Shown here piece after piece: positions 55,948-62,707 of a stretch of 64,000 bases of DNA. The notes under the pieces are model-generated. The model was given only the letters and a program-made list of their open reading frames with translations, was not told the DNA's origin and did no database searches. The position numbers and the translations under genes were made by a program. The stretch is from a virus. The DNA lies in the IMG/VR virus record IMGVR_UViG_3300045988_175656; one strand, written 5' to 3'. Position 1 is the first letter of the stretch. Each line of letters starts with the position of its first letter.

Positions 55948-56133
55948 ATGATAACAAAAATAATAGTATTTATGCTTTGTTTAGCAATTATGAACCTTTT
56001 AAAAGAAGGTACATTATTTGGAATTGCAATAAGTCGTGAAACAAAATTTGAAATTTCAAATAATAGATTAATAACATTAGGAGTTTCTATTGCATATATA
56101 TTAACAATAATATTTACAGGTATAACAATTTAA
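55948..56133 (+). CDS. Small two-helix membrane protein (holin-like size and topology)
   Basis: It has two hydrophobic segments, IIVFMLCLAIMNLL and LITLGVSIAYILTIIFTGITI. I preferred it over the overlapping 55830..56039 ORF, which runs across the upstream stop and the promoter-like site. Confidence 0.45.
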   Translation: MITKIIVFMLCLAIMNLLKEGTLFGIAISRETKFEISNNRLITLGVSIAYILTIIFTGITI

Positions 56134-56136
56134 AGA

Positions 56137-56628
56137 ATGGCAGCAGGAATACAAGATAGATTAATTAAGTTAGCACCATATAATCCAGGCTTTAATCTAT
56201 ATAGTGGACAAATAATAATACACGTAACTTATAAACCTAATTGGAAAGTGCTTGAATCTTACGATGAAGCAGTTAAAATTGCTCGTGATGATAATAATCA
56301 GTATCAATATTTTTATTATGCATCAACTGAAACAGATTTTAATAGGATTTTTGATGTGATTGACACAACAGTCAAGTTTAATAATGAAGCTGAATTAAAA
56401 AGAGAATTATTAATTCAAAAAGTAAATGAATTACAAAAACTGTTTGAAGTGGAAGATTTGGAAACTCTGCAAACTTTGGAGTTTAAAGTTAAAAAGAAAA
56501 AATCAAAAATCAAAAAAGATAAAGTGATAGAAAATGAAAAAGATAGTACTGAAGTAAGTATAGATGAAGAAACAAATGTTATTGTACAACAAGAAAATGA
56601 AATAAAAGATAATAAAGAAGTGGTATGA
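56137..56628 (+). CDS. Hypothetical protein (163 aa)
   Basis: An ORF in the operon. The C-terminal half is K/E-rich. Confidence 0.5.
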   Translation: MAAGIQDRLIKLAPYNPGFNLYSGQIIIHVTYKPNWKVLESYDEAVKIARDDNNQYQYFYYASTETDFNRIFDVIDTTVKFNNEAELKRELLIQKVNELQKLFEVEDLETLQTLEFKVKKKKSKIKKDKVIENEKDSTEVSIDEETNVIVQQENEIKDNKEVV

Positions 56629-56990
56629 GCTGGTTAATATTCATTATATATATGTTTACTGCATATGGAATAACTAATATGTTAGTTTATCTAAGAGGAC
56701 CTCTTGGAGTGTTTGAATTTATTAGAGAAACTGCTAATAAAATTCATTCTAATTTGGGTGAATTGTTTTCATGTATGGCATGTTGTTCTACATGGATTGG
56801 GCTATTTTTTAGTTTAATAAATATATTAATAATGCCTTCAATTGCATTAACACCAGCATTTTTAGTTTTAGGTACTACAACACATTTATGGTGGCTTAAA
56901 CTAATAATTGATATGGCATGTACATCTGGTTTTGTGTGGATAATGCATAATTTTGAAGAAATGACAGAAAGAATTTATAACAATGAGTGA
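56625..56990 (+). CDS. Multi-pass membrane protein, DUF1360-like
   Basis: It has 3-4 hydrophobic segments and CMACCSTWIGLFFS, resembling the CxxCxSxW motif of DUF1360. This assignment is from memory only. Confidence 0.4.
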   Translation: MSWLIFIIYMFTAYGITNMLVYLRGPLGVFEFIRETANKIHSNLGELFSCMACCSTWIGLFFSLINILIMPSIALTPAFLVLGTTTHLWWLKLIIDMACTSGFVWIMHNFEEMTERIYNNE

Positions 56991-57204
56991 AATTGATAGA
57001 CAAATAGAAAAAGCTAAGAATGAAAGAGAAGCGTTATTAGCTGAAGTAACAAATACACGTGATAAGTTTGCAAAATCATTACTTTCAGGTGAAGGGGAGA
57101 AGATTAAATCAGAAATAAATAAACCAATTATTATACCAAAAAAGAAAAAGTTTATGTATAGGGTTAAAAAGTTTTTTGAAAGAATAATAAATACAATATC
57201 TTAA
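56983..57204 (+). CDS. Hypothetical protein (73 aa)
   Basis: Overlap-coupled to the upstream ORF. Confidence 0.4.
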   Translation: MSEIDRQIEKAKNEREALLAEVTNTRDKFAKSLLSGEGEKIKSEINKPIIIPKKKKFMYRVKKFFERIINTIS

Positions 57205-57208
57205 TCTT

Positions 57209-57472
57209 ATGGCTAAAAAACGATTATTAAAGATTGCCGAATTATTTGATTTATCTTCAGCAATCAAAAAACAATTAAATGATGATTATGCATATGAGAA
57301 TATGACAATTGAAATTATTCTAACTGATAAAGAGTTGAGAATGCTTGATGAAGAGTTATTTTTTAGAAATAATCCAACAGCTAAAAAATCAGAATTTATA
57401 CATGCTGATATAGTAACAGCAATTATTAACAACATAAAATATATTTTCAAAACAGAAGAAAAGCCTGATTAA
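57209..57472 (+). CDS. Hypothetical protein (87 aa)
   Basis: The last ORF before the bidirectional terminator. Confidence 0.45.
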   Translation: MAKKRLLKIAELFDLSSAIKKQLNDDYAYENMTIEIILTDKELRMLDEELFFRNNPTAKKSEFIHADIVTAIINNIKYIFKTEEKPD

Positions 57473-57484
57473 TTCAGGCTTTTA
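57459..57484. terminator. Bidirectional terminator between convergent genes
   Basis: AAAGCCTGA-ttaat-TCAGGCTTT. The stop codon of the plus-strand gene lies in the loop. Confidence 0.7.
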
Positions 57485-58354
57485 TGGTTTAGTGGAACTT
57501 CGTATCACCTTTTGTTTATTCCATCCAGTTTTATTTATAATCATTTCCATAATCCAATCTTTATTGGATTTTGCAACAATACCATTAAAAAAAACATTTC
57601 TGCATTTTGCTTTTTTAGTTTTAACCTCTAATTCATTATATAAACGTATAACATCTTCTTGGTTTTTGCAAATAACCATATCAATATCAAAATCATATTG
57701 GATGATTAGTTTATTTTTAAAAATCATAATGCGTTTGAAATAATTTTTATCATTATTATGTGCTAAAACTATTTCATTTAGTATGTAATTAAAATCTTTT
57801 CTTTGTGTTTTTGGATTAAAACCATATACCCAAAAAGACTCTTCTTTATAATATATATGCTTATCCATTATTATCCATTGGTTATTATCAACAATAACAT
57901 GATTAACTAATTGACCATATTCATTTCTTAATTGAGTAACATCTTCACCTTCTTTTTTTATTTTCAAAAGAAGTATTTCATAATTTGATTCAACAATTCC
58001 TTTGGATATGTTTTTGTTTGAAATATACTTTACGGGAAAAATAATGTTTTTTTCATTTTCATCAATAATTTCATTGAATTTTTTATAAGCACTTTGTTGT
58101 AAGTTACTTTTATATAATATATCAATAACTTGTTTATGTGAAGAAAGAGCTATCATACAGAATTCCCTTTTCAGTTTTTTTATTTTTGGCTCTTCTATAA
58201 TGATTTCATGTTTTGGCTCAATACCATTTAAAATATCTTTTTCTCTTTTACGTTTGGCATAATATCGTTTATTTTTTAACGATTTTGCTAATTTGCGTTT
58301 TTCTTCCTGTTTTTTAGATAGTTTCCTACGTTTCTTAGGAGTTTTCTTTTCCAT
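57482..58354 (-). CDS. Hypothetical protein (290 aa) with a highly basic N-terminus
   Basis: It starts MEKKTPKKRRKLSKKQEEKRKLAKSLKNKRYYAKRKREK. It is a lone minus-strand gene. Confidence 0.55.
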   Translation of the reverse strand: MEKKTPKKRRKLSKKQEEKRKLAKSLKNKRYYAKRKREKDILNGIEPKHEIIIEEPKIKKLKREFCMIALSSHKQVIDILYKSNLQQSAYKKFNEIIDENEKNIIFPVKYISNKNISKGIVESNYEILLLKIKKEGEDVTQLRNEYGQLVNHVIVDNNQWIIMDKHIYYKEESFWVYGFNPKTQRKDFNYILNEIVLAHNNDKNYFKRIMIFKNKLIIQYDFDIDMVICKNQEDVIRLYNELEVKTKKAKCRNVFFNGIVAKSNKDWIMEMIINKTGWNKQKVIRSSTKP

Positions 58355-58421
58355 AATATATTGTTAGTTAGTTAAATTATAATAAAATGGTCTTTTAAGT
58401 AAATATTAATTTGGAATTTAA

Positions 58422-58443
58422 AAAATTAAGTTGTATATTTGCA
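58422..58443 (+). promoter_or_regulatory. Early promoter box
   Basis: AAAATTAAGTTGTATATTTGCA with TTTGG 19-20 nt upstream. Confidence 0.65.
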
Positions 58444-58498
58444 GTGAAAATGAAAAACAAGAGTGAAATTAGTTGTTAAACATTAAAAATTTAGAAAA

Positions 58499-58975
58499 AT
58501 GAGTAAATTAGGTAAATTGTCAGATGAAACAAATGACATGGTTATGGAATTAGCTTCAGAAATGGGCTTGGAGAATTTTATTATTGTTGAACCAATGGCG
58601 GTACAAAAATCTAAGCAACTTATCAAAATTTCAAAAGCCAATCCAACCACAGAGTTTTTGACTAAGAAGCCCGATACAGTATGTTTGTATATTTATGAGG
58701 AAGCATTTCTTCGTCTGGAAGAAGCACAGCGTAAACTCTTGTTAAGAGACGCAATGTGTACAATCGCATATGATGCAGAAAAAGATAAGATAATTATTGG
58801 TGCACCATCCATTACAGTGACAATTGGTGGTAGAGCAAAATATGGTGACGATTTGATTAATGCTGCTGAAACTGCTGTGTGGGCAATTCAACAAATTGCT
58901 GATGAAGAAAAAGCAAAAAAGGAAGCTGAAAAAGAAGCAAAAGCTGCTCGTAGAGCACAAAAGAAAAATAAATAA
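58499..58975 (+). CDS. Hypothetical protein (158 aa) with a K/A/E-rich tail
   Basis: The first gene of the ClpP operon. The C-terminus is EEKAKKEAEKEAKAARRAQKKNK. Confidence 0.5.
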   Translation: MSKLGKLSDETNDMVMELASEMGLENFIIVEPMAVQKSKQLIKISKANPTTEFLTKKPDTVCLYIYEEAFLRLEEAQRKLLLRDAMCTIAYDAEKDKIIIGAPSITVTIGGRAKYGDDLINAAETAVWAIQQIADEEKAKKEAEKEAKAARRAQKKNK

Positions 58976-59175
58976 TGGAGTATAATATTCTTTTAATAAT
59001 TAAAACAGAAAGCGGTGATGAATATAAATTCAGACTAAATAAACCGCTTTCAGATAAAGATTTTGAAATATTCATCCAAGATAATTTGCCTGATGAATAT
59101 GATGAAGAGTGTGGTATGTCTATTTCTGAATATGAGTTTATTGACATAAATTCAATTAAAAAAATTGATATTTAA
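58975..59175 (+). CDS. Hypothetical protein (66 aa)
   Basis: TAATG-coupled to the upstream ORF. Confidence 0.4.
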   Translation: MEYNILLIIKTESGDEYKFRLNKPLSDKDFEIFIQDNLPDEYDEECGMSISEYEFIDINSIKKIDI

Positions 59176-59176
59176 A

Positions 59177-59860
59177 ATGAATAATATTAAAAAAGATTTT
59201 AGAACATTTGCAAAAAGTAATGGTACTTCTATGTCAGTGTTCGATTCATTTACATCAAAAATGAATTTTAATCCAATAGCAGGTTATATTAGTCCAACTA
59301 TTCTTGAAGAAAGACAGTTGAATGTAACTCAAATGGATGTTTTTTCACGTTTGATGATGGATAGAATTATTTTCTTAGGAACAGCAATTGATGATGATGT
59401 ATCTAATATTATTACATCACAATTGTTGTATCTTGACCAATCAGATAAAAACGATATACATCTATATATTAATTCTCCTGGGGGTGTTGTGTATGGTGGA
59501 TATGGTATTTATGATGTCATGCAATATATTGAATCTGATGTGGCAACATATTGTACAGGAATGGCAGCATCAATGGCAGCAGTATTATTGGCAGCAGGGC
59601 AAAGCGGTAAACGTTATGGTATGCCCCATTCAAGAGTGATGATTCATCAACCTCTTGGTGGTACAGGTCATGCACAAGCATCTGATATTGAAATTACTGC
59701 ACGAGAAATTACTAAGATTAAAGATGAATTGTATAAGACATTAGTTTTACATACAGGTCAAGAATATGATACAATTCTGAAAGATGCTGACAGGGATTTT
59801 TGGATGACAGCCGAAGAAGCTAAAAACTATGGAATGATTGATTCAGTTCTTGTAAAATAA
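59177..59860 (+). CDS. clpP: ATP-dependent Clp protease proteolytic subunit
   Basis: It is collinear with bacterial ClpP: DRIIFLG, IHLYINSPGGVV, GMAASMAA (Ser), RVMIHQPLGG (His), DIEITAREI, DRDFWMTAEEAKNYGMID (Asp). The track start at 59165 is a TTG, and the first ATG is at 59177. Confidence 0.9.
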   Translation: MNNIKKDFRTFAKSNGTSMSVFDSFTSKMNFNPIAGYISPTILEERQLNVTQMDVFSRLMMDRIIFLGTAIDDDVSNIITSQLLYLDQSDKNDIHLYINSPGGVVYGGYGIYDVMQYIESDVATYCTGMAASMAAVLLAAGQSGKRYGMPHSRVMIHQPLGGTGHAQASDIEITAREITKIKDELYKTLVLHTGQEYDTILKDADRDFWMTAEEAKNYGMIDSVLVK

Positions 59861-59883
59861 ATAAATTAAAATAAATTTTAAAA

Positions 59884-60555
59884 ATGAAAGATAATTTTGT
59901 AAAAATAGTCTTTGTCATTGATGAAAGTGGCTCAATGGGTTCATCAAGAAGTGATGTAATTGGTGGTTTCAATGAGTTTATTAATGACCAAAAGAAAGAA
60001 AAAGCAGGAGATGTAAATGTATCTTTGTACACTTTTGCTTCTACTGTTTCAACAGTATTTAACAATAAAAATATTGTTGATGTTCCTGAGCTAACTATGG
60101 ATAATTATCGTCCAGGTGGTTCAACAGCTTTGAATGATGCTGTTGGTAAAGCAATTAACGAAACAGGATATGAACTTGCTGCTATGCCTGAAGAAGAAAG
60201 ACCTTCGGTTGTTATGATGGTTATTATGACTGATGGAGAAGAAAATAACTCAAAAGAGTTTAAAAGTGCTGAAATCAGAGATATGATTAAACATCAAACT
60301 GATAAGTATAATTGGAAATTTATTTATCTTGGTACTGATATTACTACTACAAGAATGGCTGATGATATGGGTATTAAATGTAGAGGTTTTTCAAGTAAAA
60401 TGGATTTAATGAAAACAATGAAATGTGTTAGTGCAAATGCTGCTAATTATCGAACTATGGATGTAAAGGATGCTGATATTGTTTTAGATTCAGCTATGAA
60501 TTGCATGACAACAGAATACGAAAATAAACTTGGACATAAAATTAGTAATAACTAA
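59884..60555 (+). CDS. von Willebrand factor A (vWA) domain protein
   Basis: The MIDAS motif is VFVIDESGSMG (DxSxS), with GGSTALNDAV and VIMTDGEEN. Confidence 0.85.
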   Translation: MKDNFVKIVFVIDESGSMGSSRSDVIGGFNEFINDQKKEKAGDVNVSLYTFASTVSTVFNNKNIVDVPELTMDNYRPGGSTALNDAVGKAINETGYELAAMPEEERPSVVMMVIMTDGEENNSKEFKSAEIRDMIKHQTDKYNWKFIYLGTDITTTRMADDMGIKCRGFSSKMDLMKTMKCVSANAANYRTMDVKDADIVLDSAMNCMTTEYENKLGHKISNN

Positions 60556-60561
60556 TGAAAT

Positions 60562-60593
60562 AAAAAAGAACCGCTTACTTAGCGGTTCTTTTA
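60562..60593. terminator. Bidirectional terminator
   Basis: AAAAAAGAACCGCT-tactt-AGCGGTTCTTTT. Confidence 0.8.
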
Positions 60594-60691
60594 ACAACTC
60601 TTTTTGCAGGACTGTTAGTAGTCGTTGTAGGCTTAGTAACTTGCTTGATAGGTTGTGTTGAAACTGTTTTTGATTTACAATTACATCCCAT
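60575..60691 (-). CDS. Unannotated small ORF (38 aa) starting MGCNCK
   Basis: My manual translation of the minus strand gives MGCNCKSKTVSTQPIKQVTKPTTTTNSPAKRVVKRTAK. The first 18 nt are identical to the start of the 23202 gene. Its stop lies in the terminator loop. It is below the 60-aa track cutoff. Confidence 0.35.
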   Translation of the reverse strand: MGCNCKSKTVSTQPIKQVTKPTTTTNSPAKRVVKRTAK

Positions 60692-60715
60692 AGTATTATT
60701 AATTTTTTTCGTTTA

Positions 60716-61129
60716 TTATATTGAATTTTCCATTTTATAGTTGGAAATTTTATCAAATGAACACATATATACTAATTGAGTTAGTTCACCTTTGAAATCA
60801 TCAATTAAACTAACAACTCCTGATAGTTTCTCAACTTTATCACATTCAGTTCTGATAGGGGCTAATATGTCCATGATACGTCCAAAAAGTTTGGCTAAAT
60901 CATTTTCATAGTATATGTCTAAATCTAGCTTGAAATCAGTAAATTTTGGCTTACCATAGTAACCATATATCTGTTCGGCTAATTCATCTATTTTATCTCT
61001 AATTTTATCTTGGGCATCATCACAAAGTGAATGTTCCCAATAAATTTCAGTTGATAAATGAATGGCTTTAATCATATCTGCGTATAAATACATACGCATG
61101 ATTGAATCGCAAAAATTTTTTATATCCAT
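60716..61129 (-). CDS. Hypothetical helical protein (137 aa)
   Basis: An ORF on the minus strand. It has a faint ferritin/Dps-like helical pattern (IHLSTEIYWEHSLCDDAQDKIRDKIDELAEQI), which I cannot confirm. Confidence 0.5.
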   Translation of the reverse strand: MDIKNFCDSIMRMYLYADMIKAIHLSTEIYWEHSLCDDAQDKIRDKIDELAEQIYGYYGKPKFTDFKLDLDIYYENDLAKLFGRIMDILAPIRTECDKVEKLSGVVSLIDDFKGELTQLVYMCSFDKISNYKMENSI

Positions 61130-61193
61130 TTATATGTTTTTACATATAAATATGGTAAACATAACAAATAGTAAACTTTAAAACAGAAAAAAT

Positions 61194-61793
61194 ATGCTAA
61201 AAATTTTAGAAAAAGAAGATGTCAAAGAAGTATTTTATAACCTTCTTGAAAATAATGGAGAGGTCACTTCCAAAGAAGTGAAAGATGAATTGAGAAATAG
61301 GGGATTTTGGGCAATTCAAGCACAAGTATCTTGGTTTATTAAATCCAATTATAAAGATTGGGGAGCTATTTTACATTATAATGGCAAATTCAATGTGTAT
61401 CTTCCTGAAGATGCTGAAGAAGATGATGAAATACCTGTAACCAATAATATTGCTTCTGTGTCAATTGATGTTGATGAAGAAGATGATAATGATTCAACAT
61501 CAAATCAAAGTAAAAAATGTCGTATAACAACAATGAAAAGATTTTCAGATGATGAAATTCATATTGATGTATTTTCCCCAAAAGAAAACACTAATATTAA
61601 TGTGATTGTTAATAGGTTTGATTTTGATGAAGCACAATATATCATATCTTACAATAAAGATGTAATATGTTTTGTGGGTAGTAAAGATACAACACTTACA
61701 AATAAACAAGCAAGATATTACGCATGGAAAGTTTATAAAGATGAATATCCAGGGATGGAATATTTTGATGTAAGATGCAATAAATTCTTTTAA
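61194..61793 (+). CDS. Hypothetical protein (199 aa)
   Basis: An ORF with an acidic central linker. I recognised no motif. Confidence 0.5.
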   Translation: MLKILEKEDVKEVFYNLLENNGEVTSKEVKDELRNRGFWAIQAQVSWFIKSNYKDWGAILHYNGKFNVYLPEDAEEDDEIPVTNNIASVSIDVDEEDDNDSTSNQSKKCRITTMKRFSDDEIHIDVFSPKENTNINVIVNRFDFDEAQYIISYNKDVICFVGSKDTTLTNKQARYYAWKVYKDEYPGMEYFDVRCNKFF

Positions 61794-61802
61794 AAACAAA
61801 TT

Positions 61803-61856
61803 ATGGGAAGATTCGCACATTTGGTAATGGTCACGGAAAACAATAATAATAAATAA
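61803..61856 (+). pseudogene. Decayed duplicate of the PARP gene 5' end (17 codons then TAA)
   Basis: MGRFAHLVMVTENNNNK* aligns with the PARP N-terminus MSRFAYLIMVNGEENRNNNKF. The nucleotide alignment atgggaagattcgcacatttggtaatggtc...gaaaacaataataataaa versus atgagtagatttgcatatttgattatggtt...gaaaaccgtaataataataaa is clear. Confidence 0.7.
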
Positions 61857-61880
61857 ATTTTAGTTATTTATCTCAGTTAC

Positions 61881-61894
61881 CGTATATTTATTGC
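61881..61894 (+). promoter_or_regulatory. Variant early-type promoter box in front of the homing endonuclease gene
   Basis: CGTATATTTATTGC is the CGTATATTTGC box with a 3-nt insertion. It lies 16 nt upstream of the ATG at 61910. Confidence 0.35.
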
Positions 61895-61909
61895 TAAAAA
61901 TAAAGTATT

Positions 61910-62707
61910 ATGATAAGTGGAAAATATTATTTATATCGTCATATAAGATTAGATAAAAATGAAGTTTTTTATATTGGGGTTGGTACAATACAAAATAAAA
62001 CAGGAAATGGGTTTTATGGTAAACATTTAAGAGCATTTAGTAAATCATACAGAAATGATATATGGAAATATATAACTGGAAAAACTGAATATGAAGTTGA
62101 AATTATGTTATATAGTAATGATTATGAATTTATTTTGGCTAAAGAAATTGAATTTATAAAGTTGTATGGCAAAATTGTTGATTGTAATGGAACATTATGT
62201 AATATAACTGATGGTGGAGAAGGAAAATTAGGTGTTCATTATAAAATGAAAGATGATACTAAAATAAAAATTTCACAATCACTTATAAATAAGCCAAAAA
62301 CAATCGAACATATAGAGAAATTAAAAGCTGCTAAATTGAAAAACCCTGTTAAATATTGGAAAAATAAAACTTTTTCTAATGAACATAAAAATAATCTTAG
62401 TGAAAAAAGAAAATTATTGTTTAATGATGATAATTTCAAAAAACAGTATTTAGAAAGCATAAAAAAGAGATTTGCTAATTTGTCTGATGATGATAGAAAG
62501 AAAATATCAGAAAGAAATAGAAAATCTGGTTTTACTCGTTATGCTAAAACGTATAAAGTTGAATGTGAAGATGAAATTCTAATTATTAAAACTACAAAAG
62601 AAGATTTATGTAAGATGTATAACATTCCTCATACTAGTTTAAATAGAGCAATAAAGAATAATAAAAGTATTAATGGTGTAAAAATAACAATATTAAATAA
62701 TGAGTAG
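61910..62707 (+). CDS. GIY-YIG homing endonuclease (I-TevI/Seg-like) with NUMOD3-like repeats and a C-terminal HTH
   Basis: KYYLYRH...VFYIGVG (GIY-YIG), KEIEFIKLYG (Glu) and NITDGGEG (Asn). The repeats are DDTKIKISQSL, TIEHIEKLKAAK and SNEHKNNLSEKR. The C-terminus is MYNIPHTSLNRAIKNNKSINGVKI. Confidence 0.85.
   Translation: MISGKYYLYRHIRLDKNEVFYIGVGTIQNKTGNGFYGKHLRAFSKSYRNDIWKYITGKTEYEVEIMLYSNDYEFILAKEIEFIKLYGKIVDCNGTLCNITDGGEGKLGVHYKMKDDTKIKISQSLINKPKTIEHIEKLKAAKLKNPVKYWKNKTFSNEHKNNLSEKRKLLFNDDNFKKQYLESIKKRFANLSDDDRKKISERNRKSGFTRYAKTYKVECEDEILIIKTTKEDLCKMYNIPHTSLNRAIKNNKSINGVKITILNNE

Larger units (their letters stand above)
61857..62707 (+). mobile_element. Free-standing homing endonuclease cassette (promoter-like box plus GIY-YIG gene) inserted at the 5' end of the PARP gene
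   Basis: It is bounded by the two copies of the PARP 5' segment, at 61803-61856 and from 62700. Confidence 0.65.

Noticed and set aside
55830-56039. A 69-aa ORF overlapping the end of the 55235 gene and the start of the 55948 gene. Its internal ATG at 55878 would give MNIKCCKILTFVAFFLFSL...
   Set aside because: It runs across the upstream stop codon and across the ATTGACTTT-type promoter-like site. The alternative ORF 55948..56133 starts about 20 nt after that site and encodes a cleaner two-helix membrane protein. Neither can be proven from the sequence alone.
58499-58975. A possible degenerate phage metallopeptidase-like protein, on the pattern LYIYEEAFLRLEEAQRKLLLRDAMCTIAY.
   Set aside because: The position where HExxH would be expected reads RDAMC, so no catalytic motif is present. 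The resemblance is from memory of a family pattern only. I therefore annotated it as hypothetical.
70-59176. The track start codons at 70 (GTG), 15429 (TTG) and 59165 (TTG).
   Set aside because: At 70 the frame is open back to nt 1, so the gene is truncated by the window edge. At 15429 and 59165 an in-frame ATG lies a few codons downstream (15447 and 59177) and avoids overlap with upstream elements, so I used those ATGs.
59177-59860. ClpP as the prohead maturation protease.
   Set aside because: This is not excluded, but I did not adopt it. The gene is not near any portal, scaffold or capsid gene in this window and sits behind an early-type promoter with a vWA gene. It is also far more similar to cellular ClpP than typical phage S14 prohead proteases are.
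61129-61150. A 9-bp inverted repeat, TTTATATGT-tttt-ACATATAAA, abutting the start codon of the minus-strand gene 60716..61129.
   Set aside because: It is short, almost entirely A/T, and lies in a divergent promoter region where such symmetry is common by chance at this composition. It has no second copy or associated motif.
278-61820. Many 60-130-aa ORFs in the track lie inside, or antisense to, much longer ORFs. Examples are 278..472, 933..1139, 3078..3269, 10138..10329, 14807..15199, 16687..16962, 17385..17703, 18148..18516, 39386..39754, 43187..43537, 45463..45798, 46407..46658, 49149..49570, 57492..57743, 58742..59147, 59388..59639, 60490..60756 and 61390..61820.
   Set aside because: Each is fully embedded in a longer ORF that carries recognisable motifs or operon logic. 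Their translations are low-complexity (Leu/Ile/Phe/Ser-rich), as expected from reading AT-rich coding DNA out of frame. None has its own promoter box or terminator.
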